A DNA stretch of 64,000 bases, taken from contig CAWJKV010000016.1 of NCBI GenBank assembly GCA_963843555.1, positions 45,700 through 109,699 on the forward strand, given 5' to 3'. Origin of the DNA: an uncultured Methanosarcinales archaeon. Its GTDB lineage: Archaea; Halobacteriota; Methanosarcinia; Methanotrichales; Methanotrichaceae. How positions within the stretch are numbered: position 1 is the first letter of the stretch; each line of letters starts with the position of its first letter. The translations under genes and the position numbers were made by a program. Shown here piece after piece: positions 1 to 8,205 of this stretch. Below the pieces are notes generated by a model. It ran no database searches and was not told the origin of the DNA. It was given only the letters and a program-made list of their open reading frames with translations.

Positions 1-1
1 T

Positions 2-1519
2 GTGATTCGAAAAGGCTCTCCGAATCAATCACCAGGAACGATTGTGGAAATAACTGGAAGGAAGAAACCAAGACTATTTGATGAGTACGTAGACAAGATA
101 AATTTAATTGATGTCGTCGATGCCTACGCATTGGCCTGCGAATTCCCAATAGAAGCCCATTGCCTGATTGATGAAATAGGGAATGACATTTCGATTCCTT
201 GCACAATTGTAATCCCAAAAACGGAAATTGAAATAGCTGGAATTAAGAATCAATTGAGCTTTGAGCAAGAATTTTTTGAGATCGATTCTAATTTGAGGGG
301 ATACGTTCGAGCTAGCTTCCTCCTAAATAATTTGGGCAAAATTGATTTAGCTAATTCTGAAGCACATTGGGATATAGGTAACTTTGGACCTTGTCTTGTG
401 CTGTCAAATGGCTTAAAAATAAAAGAATCATCAAGAAAGGGCGCAATTTGTTTGGATGGAATTTATGTGTGTGGCAATCCAGAGTATCGCAGCGAAAGAC
501 ATTTCATGAACTTCACAATTTGGAGCAATAATTATATCCCTCTCGAAGGAGATTATTATTTACTGGATGTAAGGGGCATTCTCAAACCACCCTTAACCAC
601 TTCGAGGGATCCTCCAAGAGATCCTCCTGAAGGGTCTCGTTGGGATCGACTTGCATGTATGGCAAATCTAGCAAGAGCCAGATTATGGGAGAAGGTAGCT
701 CAAACCATCGGAGATAGATTGGATATTGATACATTCTGGAAATTAGCTTTGATACATAGAGCCCCTATCCCATGGTTGCCCGCAAATACAGTATGGTCAA
801 AATTATCTGTTCCCATTGTCAAGAATAATGAATTTATAGAATGGAGAGAGGTCTCATCCCTAGGGAATTTATATGTGAGAAAAGATACATCATCAGAAAA
901 AGCAATATGCAGAGGGTTGTATCAAATTTTTACTGAAAACGGCTTGGAAATCAAAGCTTCGAAGGATTTAGCCAAATGGGAACACAAAGTCCGAATTCGT
1001 TATGGGTGCCTAAATGAACAATTATTCAATCTAATTATTAGCTTTTCCATAGTTAAAATACTGCAAGGAGATGCCTGCATTTATCTGTCTGAGCCGTTAC
1101 TAAATGAATCTCTGATTGTATATCGCATCAACTCAGTATTTTTGCTGCAATATGCAGGTGAGCTGGCCGAAGTTTTCACGGTTCAATTACCTTTTAAAAA
1201 TGCTAACCGCAATCATGCACTCGTTCGAACCGCATTCGATGCTAATTATGTAGAACATCTATCCGATATTCAAACATTTGCTCGTTCTTTGGTCCGATTC
1301 CTTGGTGATACGGATAATTTGAAAGCTCTAATGGATCCTGATGCATATAGCCACCCTGGGATTAATCGATGGATGCGTCATCTCGGCTACCAATACAATT
1401 CGATAGATTGGGAAAATTATGCTCCAGATCTTTCTCCTCCCTACAAGATTTGGCTGGGAGACCGAGGCATCTTTGAAATAACACATGATCATTTCGAAGC
1501 ATGGGCGTCTCTAAAATAA
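2..1519 (+). CDS. 5'-truncated large AT-rich protein; probable C-terminal part of an HSP90-like ATPase (HD-CE-associated) conflict/defence protein
   Basis: 505-codon ORF open at the window edge. N-terminal 'PGTIVEI' resembles the GHKL G2 box. Visibly more AT-rich than the core genes. Family assignment is tentative. Confidence 0.5.
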   Translation: MIRKGSPNQSPGTIVEITGRKKPRLFDEYVDKINLIDVVDAYALACEFPIEAHCLIDEIGNDISIPCTIVIPKTEIEIAGIKNQLSFEQEFFEIDSNLRGYVRASFLLNNLGKIDLANSEAHWDIGNFGPCLVLSNGLKIKESSRKGAICLDGIYVCGNPEYRSERHFMNFTIWSNNYIPLEGDYYLLDVRGILKPPLTTSRDPPRDPPEGSRWDRLACMANLARARLWEKVAQTIGDRLDIDTFWKLALIHRAPIPWLPANTVWSKLSVPIVKNNEFIEWREVSSLGNLYVRKDTSSEKAICRGLYQIFTENGLEIKASKDLAKWEHKVRIRYGCLNEQLFNLIISFSIVKILQGDACIYLSEPLLNESLIVYRINSVFLLQYAGELAEVFTVQLPFKNANRNHALVRTAFDANYVEHLSDIQTFARSLVRFLGDTDNLKALMDPDAYSHPGINRWMRHLGYQYNSIDWENYAPDLSPPYKIWLGDRGIFEITHDHFEAWASLK

Positions 1520-1630
1520 TATCAAATTTTATTTGGCATATCTTACCTTCTACTCCCAGAATGTGCGAATATTTGTGGCGCGGGCAGTCGTCCCGACTCC
1601 AGATGAGCATGATACGCCACGACTGCGTCC

Positions 1631-1857
1631 TCCTGCGGCCTCGGCCCAAAGGCAGCCATCCCTGCCAAGCGCCATCGGTGATATGCTCCCCGCGCGTATG
1701 CCCGTCCATACATGCACGCGGCCCGCCTGATTGCCCATCGACATGAGCCCGGACGACCCGGACCACAGGCGTCAGCAACGAGCGCAGCCCGGGGCAACGG
1801 CCGCAACCACTGTCGATGGCTGCCTGGGAGACTAACCATGCTCGCTGGATCGCAAAA
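1631..1857 (+). repeat. GC-rich array repeat R1 (left-arm type A)
   Basis: Core AACGAGCGCAGCC at 1777-1789, followed by CGGGGCAACGGCCGCAACC, GTCGATGGCTGCC and GGATCGCAAA. The left arm aligns with R3 and R8. Confidence 0.85.
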
Positions 1858-1925
1858 CTGGAGAATGCTTATGAATTGTCTCCAAAAAAATCTCAGCACA
1901 TCTGGATCACAAGATTTCATTTTGC

Positions 1926-2273
1926 CTATTTTGCAACCTGAGATCGGACAAATTCCATGAATTGACGCAAGCTTATGCCGGGATTATCATCCATATAGCT
2001 CTCCTCAACTGCATCCTGAGAACCGTTATGAAAGTGCTTGGGATAAGTCGATACACTCTGCCAGTTTGAATCTGGAAAATTGTCGTGACGTTACATGGAG
2101 CCATCGATGTGTCTTCTCTCCCAATGATAGGAAAACCGACCTGAGATTTTTAAGGAGAATCATATATCGATAAATGAGCCATCATCCACAAATGCTCTGA
2201 GCTTGCCGCGAGAAATGATGGAATCAGTCGAAATATCTGCATATTCTGTATCGATGATTCTCTTCAGCATCAT
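1926..2273 (-). pseudogene. DUF6516/TumE-like toxin, copy 1, with two in-frame stops
   Basis: Manual translation: MMLKRIIDTEYADI...GSFIDI*FSLKISGRFSYHWERRHIDGSM*RHDNFPD...YPKHFHNGS...FMEFVRSQVAK. Stops are TGA at 2160-2162 and TAA at 2091-2093. Confidence 0.7.
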
Positions 2274-2281
2274 TAGATCTG

Positions 2282-2566
2282 CTACTGTTGAGGAAGGTTC
2301 TTCATCGCGGCTAATAGCTCATCTCTTCTGGATTCCAGGTAGTCGAGCTCCTGAAAATCGTCCAGAGCATCCTCCCCCCTAACTTCTCCCTTTTTCAGCT
2401 TATCATCCAGCTCAAATATGGATCTCACACCATGCTTTGTCCTGATCTCGAATACCTCTGCTTCAATGCATCTCAGTTCTTTCTCCAAGAAGGCCTTGAT
2501 GCTAGCCCGAGCAAGAACGTCACGATCCATCTTCAGGGCACTTGCAACCTCATCGATAACTTCCAT
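2282..2566 (-). CDS. Putative antitoxin partner of the DUF6516 toxin, copy 1 (94 aa, MEVIDEV...)
   Basis: Small acidic helical protein immediately upstream of the DUF6516-like gene. Nearly identical to 6400-6681. Confidence 0.7.
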   Translation of the reverse strand: MEVIDEVASALKMDRDVLARASIKAFLEKELRCIEAEVFEIRTKHGVRSIFELDDKLKKGEVRGEDALDDFQELDYLESRRDELLAAMKNLPQQ

Positions 2567-2680
2567 GATCGAATACCATCCAATAAGACTGTCATTAAGA
2601 TATTTCAATCCTACCGTTTCTAAAATATGCGTGTATAGAGAAGGATGCCAGATTCCTACTCTCTGAAAGAGATGAACAAT

Positions 2681-2800
2681 TGGCCTCCAGCGCGCCCGAG
2701 CACGAGCGCCTTCCAGGCAAGCCAGTCCGCCCAAATGACATCGCAGCAAGCCCGGACGTTCCCGGACCACAGGCGGCGGCCACGAGCGCAGCCGGGCCGG
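2681..2800 (+). repeat. GC-rich array repeat R2 (left-arm type B, short right arm)
   Basis: GGCCTCCAGCGCGCCCGAGCACGAGCGCC...AAGCCCGGAC...GGCGGCGGCCACGAGCGCAGCC (core 2781-2793). Confidence 0.85.
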
Positions 2801-2883
2801 AGGCAAGGCAAGTGGAGGTTCGGTGTTTCTGTAACAGAAAAGATTTATTGATAGGACGACAAATAGTCAAATGAAGGCTGTCC

Positions 2884-3168
2884 ATGAGTTACGAAAAAAT
2901 CACTTACCGCCTTCATGCGGTTCAGAGGATGTTCGAGCGCAAGATCAGTGCAGAAGAGGTTCGGTACGTGCTGGAGACGGGAGAGGCGATTGAAGAATAT
3001 CCTGACGATACTCCATACCCAAGTTGCCTGATCCTTGGAAGCTACAAAGGTCGCCTCATCCATGTAGTAGCGGCAAATAATTTAATCGACGAGGAGAAGA
3101 TCGTAATCACAGTCTACGAGCCAGATCCTTCTGAATGGGACCCGGATTGTAGGGAGAGGATTTCATGA
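2884..3168 (+). CDS. DUF4258 family putative RelE-fold toxin
   Basis: HAVQRMFERKIS, IEEYPDDTPYPSCLILG, IHVV and IVITVYEPD..W motifs. ATGA overlap with the next gene. Confidence 0.9.
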   Translation: MSYEKITYRLHAVQRMFERKISAEEVRYVLETGEAIEEYPDDTPYPSCLILGSYKGRLIHVVAANNLIDEEKIVITVYEPDPSEWDPDCRERIS

Positions 3169-3392
3169 AATGCGTTATTTGCAGAAAAGCATCTACGAAG
3201 CCCGGCACAACAACAGTTACTTTTGAGCGTGGTTGCCTGACAATGGTGGTGAAATGCGTGCCCGCTCAAGTTTGCCCCAATTGTGGCGAAGCATACATAA
3301 GCGAGTTGGTTACGGCCGAGTTGCTCGATGATGCAGAAGAGCGAGCCAAGACTGGTGCCCAAGTGGAAATTCGACAATATGTGGCGGCCTGA
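3165..3392 (+). CDS. YgiT-type/MqsA-like zinc-finger antitoxin
   Basis: MKCVIC...VPAQVCPNCGEAY (two CxxC motifs), paired with DUF4258. Confidence 0.9.
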   Translation: MKCVICRKASTKPGTTTVTFERGCLTMVVKCVPAQVCPNCGEAYISELVTAELLDDAEERAKTGAQVEIRQYVAA

Positions 3393-3439
3393 TTTACTTT
3401 TATCGGACGGGCTGCCTGACGGCCCAATTGGTAACCGCC

Positions 3440-3600
3440 CACCTCATGGCAAGCTCCTGCGCGTGTATGTGCCAACCTTACGTGCATGGGTCCGCGCGCA
3501 GACCGACTTCACAGAAGCCCGGACAGCCCGGCCTCAGGCGACAGGCCACGAGTGCAGCCGCACCACCAACGGTCGATGGGCTGCCTGGCGCTGCTGCCAG
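3440..3600 (+). repeat. GC-rich array repeat R3 (left-arm type A)
   Basis: Core CACGAGTGCAGCC at 3547-3559, then GCACCACCAACGGTCGATGGGCTGCC..GCTGCTGCCAG. Confidence 0.85.
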
Positions 3601-3643
3601 TAATCGACAAGTATTGCTCAGTCGGAGATTCTTCTGAATGATT

Positions 3644-4087
3644 TTATTCCCGCCCATCAGTCCTTGAGGCGTTTTCCAACCATTTTTCAGGGCTTATCGC
3701 TAGCACTGATTTCGGACAGCGCTCTAACATCTCTTCATCCCACGAAATCAAAACGGCATCAAAATCCAGAGCAACAGCTGCATAAACAGCATCTGCACCA
3801 CGAAGGCGATTTTCAATAGCAATCTCTGCCGCACGAAGAGCGAGAGTCAGATCCAGAGGAACCTGTGTCATTCCAGGAAAATGCTTTATGAGATTGACCA
3901 GCCTCCCGGATAAAAGCGAGTCTCCGGTCGGCCTGGCAATAGCGGCCCCACACTCGGCAAGCACAAGAGTAGGGCAGAATATTTTTGCTCCTTTTACGCT
4001 ATGCAGGAAACGGTAGCTCCGAGGATATTGTTTTTCAGAAGGTCGGGCTGCAGATACAAAGACGCTGGCATCAATTGTCAGGTTCAT
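3644..4087 (-). CDS. vapC: VapC PIN-domain toxin
   Basis: MNLTIDASVFVS, LAEC, LRGADAVY and LISWD: the PIN acidic residues. ATGA overlap with the upstream antitoxin. Confidence 0.9.
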   Translation of the reverse strand: MNLTIDASVFVSAARPSEKQYPRSYRFLHSVKGAKIFCPTLVLAECGAAIARPTGDSLLSGRLVNLIKHFPGMTQVPLDLTLALRAAEIAIENRLRGADAVYAAVALDFDAVLISWDEEMLERCPKSVLAISPEKWLENASRTDGRE

Positions 4088-4341
4088 CTCCTCATCTCGG
4101 CAAGAATCTCCAAAGCGCTCTTCTTGCTCTTCCATGCCGAATCGATTTCATGGGCCAAAGCCAGCCACTCTGCATCCCAGTCAATTTCCTTTACCACATC
4201 CTCAGAGGATCTTAGTGGAACCAGTACAGCCATGGGTCTGCCCTCTGGGCCGATCAGAGTAGCTGTCTCACCTGGAGATAGTTTCGCTAGAATATCTTCA
4301 AGATTCTTTTTGGCCGAGTCTACAGAAACCTCTACCGACAT
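4084..4341 (-). CDS. Phd/YefM-like antitoxin
   Basis: SAKKNLEDIL...GETATL...GRPMAVLVP, a Phd-like pattern. Translationally coupled to vapC. Confidence 0.8.
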   Translation of the reverse strand: MSVEVSVDSAKKNLEDILAKLSPGETATLIGPEGRPMAVLVPLRSSEDVVKEIDWDAEWLALAHEIDSAWKSKKSALEILAEMRR

Positions 4342-4469
4342 GATTGACTCCTTCGTAATAATAATTTCATTTTCTTTGATTTATGTACAGCATGCTATTA
4401 AAAGTTAACCAAAAGCAAATCATCGTAGTCTGAGATCAATTGCATCGAAAGTCGCCAGGCCAAAACGGA

Positions 4470-4623
4470 CTCCCCCTGCTCTAGCACCTGTCAGGCAATC
4501 CAGCCCGCCGTGACGACTGTGCCGCTGGCCCGGCCCATAGGCGGTGGCCACGAGCGCAGCCGCACCACCAACGGTCGATGGGCTGCCCGACGCTGCTGCC
4601 AGCGGCCCGCAAGGATCGCAAAA
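4470..4623 (+). repeat. GC-rich array repeat R4 (left-arm type B)
   Basis: Core CACGAGCGCAGCC at 4549-4561. The right arm is shared with R3 and ends GCAAGGATCGCAAA. Confidence 0.85.
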
Positions 4624-4658
4624 GCTGTAGCTTGCAACAGATCGCTCTGCTAAAAAGT

Positions 4659-4698
4659 CTCTGTGAGTCCTCTGTGCGCTCTGTGTCTTTGTGGTGAA
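4659..4698. repeat. CTCTGTG micro-repeat (4 units)
   Basis: CTCTGTG-AGTC-CTCTGTG-CG-CTCTGTG-T-CTTTGTG-GTGAA. A degenerate counterpart occurs near 7780-7810. Confidence 0.75.
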
Positions 4699-4800
4699 AT
4701 TGTTAGTTGTTAAGTCATAATTATCGGCTAATATTAATAACAAACCAAATGCATTGCTTTACCAATCCTGCACCAGGATAACTGCTTTTTCAGTAGCAAG

Positions 4801-4876
4801 CACCACCTGGCCTCAGGCCCGACCGGCCTCCTGCCCGCCCGGACAGCAGCACAGCAAGCCAGGACGCCCCGGCCAA
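4801..4876 (+). repeat. Partial array repeat R5 (left arm B only)
   Basis: CACCTGGCCTCAGGCCCGACCGGCCTCCTGCCCGCCC...GCAAGCCAGGACG. Lacks the CACGAGCGCAGCC core. Confidence 0.7.
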
Positions 4877-4933
4877 CGGTTGGGGACAGAAAACCAGGAC
4901 ACTCTTGCGGGAACTGTCGACAGGCATTATTGT

Positions 4934-5440
4934 TCAATCCTCATTCTCGCTCGAAGTATGCAATGCCTTTTTGTATATTTCTTCGCCTATCCAGAAACCA
5001 GCGTCATTTCTCAACCTGTCGAGCTCCTCTTTGAGCGATGCTATTCTTCCCTCTCGCTTGGCCCTAATCAAGATACCTATCACGCCGGATATGTTCAATC
5101 CATACACTCCAGCCGTCTTTCTCGCCTCGCTTTCGTCCAAAAATACAACATCCGGATTCAGCTCGACTGCCAGAGCTATAGTCTCAGATTCGCCTTCATG
5201 TAGATCCCTTTGTAGAAAACAGATAAGAGGGCGATTTGCAGGTGCAACGACATCTATCCTTCCCAATTGTCGTCCCTCTTCTACCTCAGAGGAGCCGGGC
5301 CATTTCCGGCCTTCCTGAACTACCTCTCTCCAAACAGCCGGTGCTATGAGAATCTTTTTATGAAACTCGAAGAGAAGATACAAGCGTCCAATCTTTGCCA
5401 GATGTATTAGCGTTGAAGAATCACTGATTGCACCCGGCAT
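4934..5440 (-). CDS. DUF3368 PIN-like toxin
   Basis: ISDSSTLIHL, LHEGESETIALA, FLDESEAR and GVIGILIRAK motifs. Confidence 0.9.
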   Translation of the reverse strand: MPGAISDSSTLIHLAKIGRLYLLFEFHKKILIAPAVWREVVQEGRKWPGSSEVEEGRQLGRIDVVAPANRPLICFLQRDLHEGESETIALAVELNPDVVFLDESEARKTAGVYGLNISGVIGILIRAKREGRIASLKEELDRLRNDAGFWIGEEIYKKALHTSSENED

Positions 5441-5690
5441 ATTTTAAATCCTCTTCTAGCTCAGCTTCTCCATAGTGACGGTTAACCTTACGCTGGCCAA
5501 GAAGATCTTCGAACTGCAGACGCGTAAGGCCACTTAGGGCAGAGGCTTTTCCAGAGGATAGCATTCCTCGCTGGTAAAGCGCCAGAGCTAATTCTTTATA
5601 GAGTTCTGCTTCCACATCATCAGGTGGGACCCTAAGAGCATTTATTATCTCTTCAGGGATCTTTAAGGTTCGAGCGCTCATTTGATTCAT
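5421..5690 (-). CDS. UPF0175 family antitoxin
   Basis: ELALALYQRGMLSSGKASALSGLTRLQFEDLL...ELEEDL. Overlaps the DUF3368 gene. Confidence 0.9.
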   Translation of the reverse strand: MNQMSARTLKIPEEIINALRVPPDDVEAELYKELALALYQRGMLSSGKASALSGLTRLQFEDLLGQRKVNRHYGEAELEEDLKYAGCNQ

Positions 5691-5788
5691 GCTCCATTTC
5701 CATAATAATAGCAGAGATTATTAATTAAGCTTTGGCAGCAGAAGAGAATTCCGAGTTTTTAGAAGCTCTTGTGATATCTTATGAGCAA

Positions 5789-5971
5789 CCCGACCGGCCT
5801 TCTGCTCTCTCACGAGCGCTCATCAGGCAATCCAGCCGCCCAGACGACAACGCCGCAAGCCCAGACACTCGGACCACATGCGGCGGCCACGAGCACAGCC
5901 CGGGGCAACGGCCGCAACCAACGGTCGATGGCTGCCTGGCGAGACTAACCCATGCTCGCTGGATCGCAAAA
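5789..5971 (+). repeat. GC-rich array repeat R6 (left arm B, right arm as in R1)
   Basis: Core CACGAGCACAGCC at 5888-5900. Right arm nearly identical to R1. Confidence 0.85.
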
Positions 5972-6039
5972 CTGGAGAATGCTTATGAATTGTCTCCAAA
6001 AAAATCTCAGCGCATCTGGATCAACATGATTTCATTTGC

Positions 6040-6388
6040 CTATTTGGCAAGCTGAGATCGGACAAATTCCATGAAATGAACGTAAGCTTATGTCCGGATT
6101 ATCATCCATATAGCTCTCCTCAACTGCATCCTGAGAACCGCTATGGAAGTGCTTGGGATAAGTCGATACACTCTGCCAGTTTGAATCTGGAAAATTGTCG
6201 TGACGGTACATGGAGCCATCGATGTGTCTTCTCTCTCAATGATAGGAAAACCGACCTGAGATTTTTAAGGAGAACCATATATCGATAAATGAGCCATCAT
6301 CCACAAATGCTCTGAGCTTGCCGCGAGAAATGATGGAATCAGTCGAAATATCTGCATATTCTGTATCGATGATTCTCTTCAGCATCAT
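6040..6388 (-). pseudogene. DUF6516/TumE-like toxin, copy 2, with one in-frame stop and a 3' frameshift
   Basis: Trp-to-TGA at 6236-6238 (YH*ERRH). The two codons that are stops in copy 1 are sense here (TGG, TAC). One extra base near 6075-6080. Confidence 0.7.
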
Positions 6389-6399
6389 TAGATCTGCTA

Positions 6400-6681
6400 C
6401 TATTGAGGAAGGTTCTTCATCGCAGCTAATAGCTCATCTCTCCTTGATTCCAGGTAGTCGAGCTCCTGAAAATCGTCCAGAACATCCTCCTCCCTAACTT
6501 CTCCCTTTTTCAGCTTATCATCCAGCTCAAATATGGATCTCACACCATGCTTTGTCCTGATCTCGAATATCTCTGCTTCAATGCATCTCAGTTCTTTCTC
6601 CAAGAAGGCCTTGATGCTAGCCCGAGCAAGAACGTCACGATCCATCTTCAGGGCACTTGCAACCTCATCGATAACTTCCAT
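6400..6681 (-). CDS. Putative antitoxin, copy 2 (93 aa)
   Basis: Intact near-identical paralogue of 2282-2566. Confidence 0.7.
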   Translation of the reverse strand: MEVIDEVASALKMDRDVLARASIKAFLEKELRCIEAEIFEIRTKHGVRSIFELDDKLKKGEVREEDVLDDFQELDYLESRRDELLAAMKNLPQ

Positions 6682-6795
6682 GATCGAATACCATCCAATA
6701 AGACTGTCATTAAGATATTTCAATCCTACCGTTTCTAAAATATGCGTGTATAGAGACGGATGCCAGATTCCTACCCTCTGAAAGAGATGGACATT

Positions 6796-6978
6796 TGGCC
6801 TCCAGCGTGCCCGAGTACGAGCGCCTGCCAGGCAAGCCAGTCCGCCCAAATGACATCGCAGGAAGCCCGGACGGCCCTGCCCGAGGCGGCGGCCACGAGC
6901 GCAGCCCGGGCAACGGCCCAACCAAGGCCAGCGGCTGCCCCGGCGCTGCTGCGCCAGCGGGCCGCAAGGATCGCAAAA
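6796..6978 (+). repeat. GC-rich array repeat R7 (left arm as in R2, full right arm)
   Basis: Core CACGAGCGCAGCC at 6894-6906. Ends GCAAGGATCGCAAA. Confidence 0.85.
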
Positions 6979-7016
6979 CATTTGATTTGGCAAAATCGAA
7001 ATATATCATCCAACTT

Positions 7017-7232
7017 TTACACGCTTACCTCTACAGAAGCCGCCGTGGTAGTTGGTTCAGGTATGCTTAGAGACGCTTCCTTTAGCCCTTCCAGGTGGAA
7101 CTCTATTGCCTCTTTCATCAACTCTAGCGTCTCCTTTCTAGTTGGACCGGTTGCTATGACACCTGGCAAATCCGGACAATAGGCGGCGTAATTATTTTCA
7201 GCTTTTTCAATAATGATCAGATACTCAGTCAT
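7017..7232 (-). CDS. hicB: HicB family antitoxin
   Basis: YAAYCPDLPGVIATGPTRKETLELMKEAIEFHLEGL...IPEP. Confidence 0.92.
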   Translation of the reverse strand: MTEYLIIIEKAENNYAAYCPDLPGVIATGPTRKETLELMKEAIEFHLEGLKEASLSIPEPTTTAASVEVSV

Positions 7233-7443
7233 CTTTTCCGACCTCCTTGATACCGCTTTGTCTTAAAATGCTATTCAAGGTACCCTTTGGTACTTCATCA
7301 TCCAAATTCCCTGAGATGGTCACCAATCCACTCTTGAAATGATGCTTGTACTGTCTGTGACTGCCTCTGGTTCTATCAAGGAACCATCCATCCTCTTCTA
7401 CTAGCTTGATGACGGCTCGGACTTTCAAATTGTTAGCCCTCAT
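7225..7443 (-). CDS. hicA: HicA family toxin
   Basis: EDGWFLDRTRGSHRQYKH...VPKGTLNSILRQSG. Confidence 0.92.
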   Translation of the reverse strand: MRANNLKVRAVIKLVEEDGWFLDRTRGSHRQYKHHFKSGLVTISGNLDDEVPKGTLNSILRQSGIKEVGKDD

Positions 7444-7506
7444 TGAGATATTTAACCAATCATAATAGCCTCTCTAGACATATAATTGATTTGCCGCGTG
7501 GCAAAT

Positions 7507-7746
7507 CCTGGCGCCCTCGATCTATTGGCAGCCCACGTCCGCGCCGCGTTACCTTCGATGGCATGCTCCCGCGCATGGGTACCCGCTCGTGCGCACACGC
7601 GAGCCCGCCCGGATGGCAGCGCAGCAAGCCCGGCTGGCCAGGCCCGCTGGACTGCGGCGGCCACGAGCGCAGCCCGGGGCAACGGCCGCAATCGCAGTCG
7701 ATGGGCTGCCCGGTGCTGCTGCCAGGAGCCCGCAAGGATCGCAAAG
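7507..7746 (+). repeat. GC-rich array repeat R8 (longest; left arm A)
   Basis: Core at 7662-7674. Left arm aligns with R1 and R3; right arm ends CCCGCAAGGATCGCAAA. Confidence 0.85.
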
Positions 7747-7897
7747 CCGGAGGCCCCTTGATTGCTCCAAGGAGTCTCAAGTCTCTGCCTCTGTGTTCGG
7801 CCTGTGTTAATTGATATAATTATCTGACAATAATACTAAATCATAATCTCTTTCCAAAATCCGGTCTGCTGAATTGCCTCCCACCAGAGGCTTTCGT

Positions 7898-7919
7898 CAC
7901 CTGGCCCCAGTCCCGACCG
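7898..7919 (+). repeat. Vestigial array repeat R9 (start of left arm B)
   Basis: CACCTGGCCCCAGTCCCGACCG, compared with CACCTGGCCTCAGGCCCGACCG in R5. Confidence 0.55.
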
Positions 7920-7974
7920 AGGAATTGCGAGCTAAAAGCTATATCCCATCACTGACAATAACTTCAAAGCGGCA

Positions 7975-8205
7975 ATGGATAAAGCGGTCTATGAGATCAT
8001 TGACGATCCAGAGCCCTTTTATGGCGAGATACCGGAGCTTCAGGGTGTCTGGGCTTCAGGAAAGACATTGGAGGCCTGCCGTGACACCCTCATGAGCGCC
8101 CAGGAAGACTGGATTGCCTTCCGCCTTAGAACGGGACGGTCCATTCCGCCGATAGGTGGAGCTTCAATCGCAGTTTCATTGGAGCCGGTGAGCGTTGTTG
8201 AATAA
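7975..8205 (+). CDS. hicB: HicB family antitoxin (N-terminus probably eroded)
   Basis: FYGEIPELQGVWASGKTLEACRDTLMSAQEDWI...IPPI. Confidence 0.8.
   Translation: MDKAVYEIIDDPEPFYGEIPELQGVWASGKTLEACRDTLMSAQEDWIAFRLRTGRSIPPIGGASIAVSLEPVSVVE

Larger units (their letters stand above)
5858..6906 (+). repeat. About 1.05 kb direct duplicate of 1746-2793 (whole TA cassette plus half-repeats)
   Basis: Near-identical sequence at an offset of about 4.11 kb. Similarity begins and ends within the repeat cores. Confidence 0.95.

Noticed and set aside
1926..6388. Selenocysteine or pyrrolysine read-through of the stops in the DUF6516-like genes
   Set aside because: The stops are TGA/TAA at Trp/Tyr codons and differ between the copies. 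None is a conserved TAG or a Cys position.
1362..7814. Many Arg/Pro/Ala-rich ORFs spanning the repeats (e.g. 1543-1920, 3328-3603, 7443-7814) and the N-terminal extensions of 2282-2806 and 6400-6993
   Set aside because: They are by-products of GC-rich, stop-poor repeat DNA. The reading frames are not conserved between copies.
1631..7919. CRISPR array interpretation of the repeats
   Set aside because: The repeats are long, degenerate and separated by gene-sized spacers of 0.2-1 kb. There are no cas genes in the window.
1631..7919. Classical integron attC sites
   Set aside because: No consistent RYYYAAC...GTTRRRY boundaries or end-to-end palindromes. ACTAAC occurs only in R1 and R6, with no matching GTTAG.
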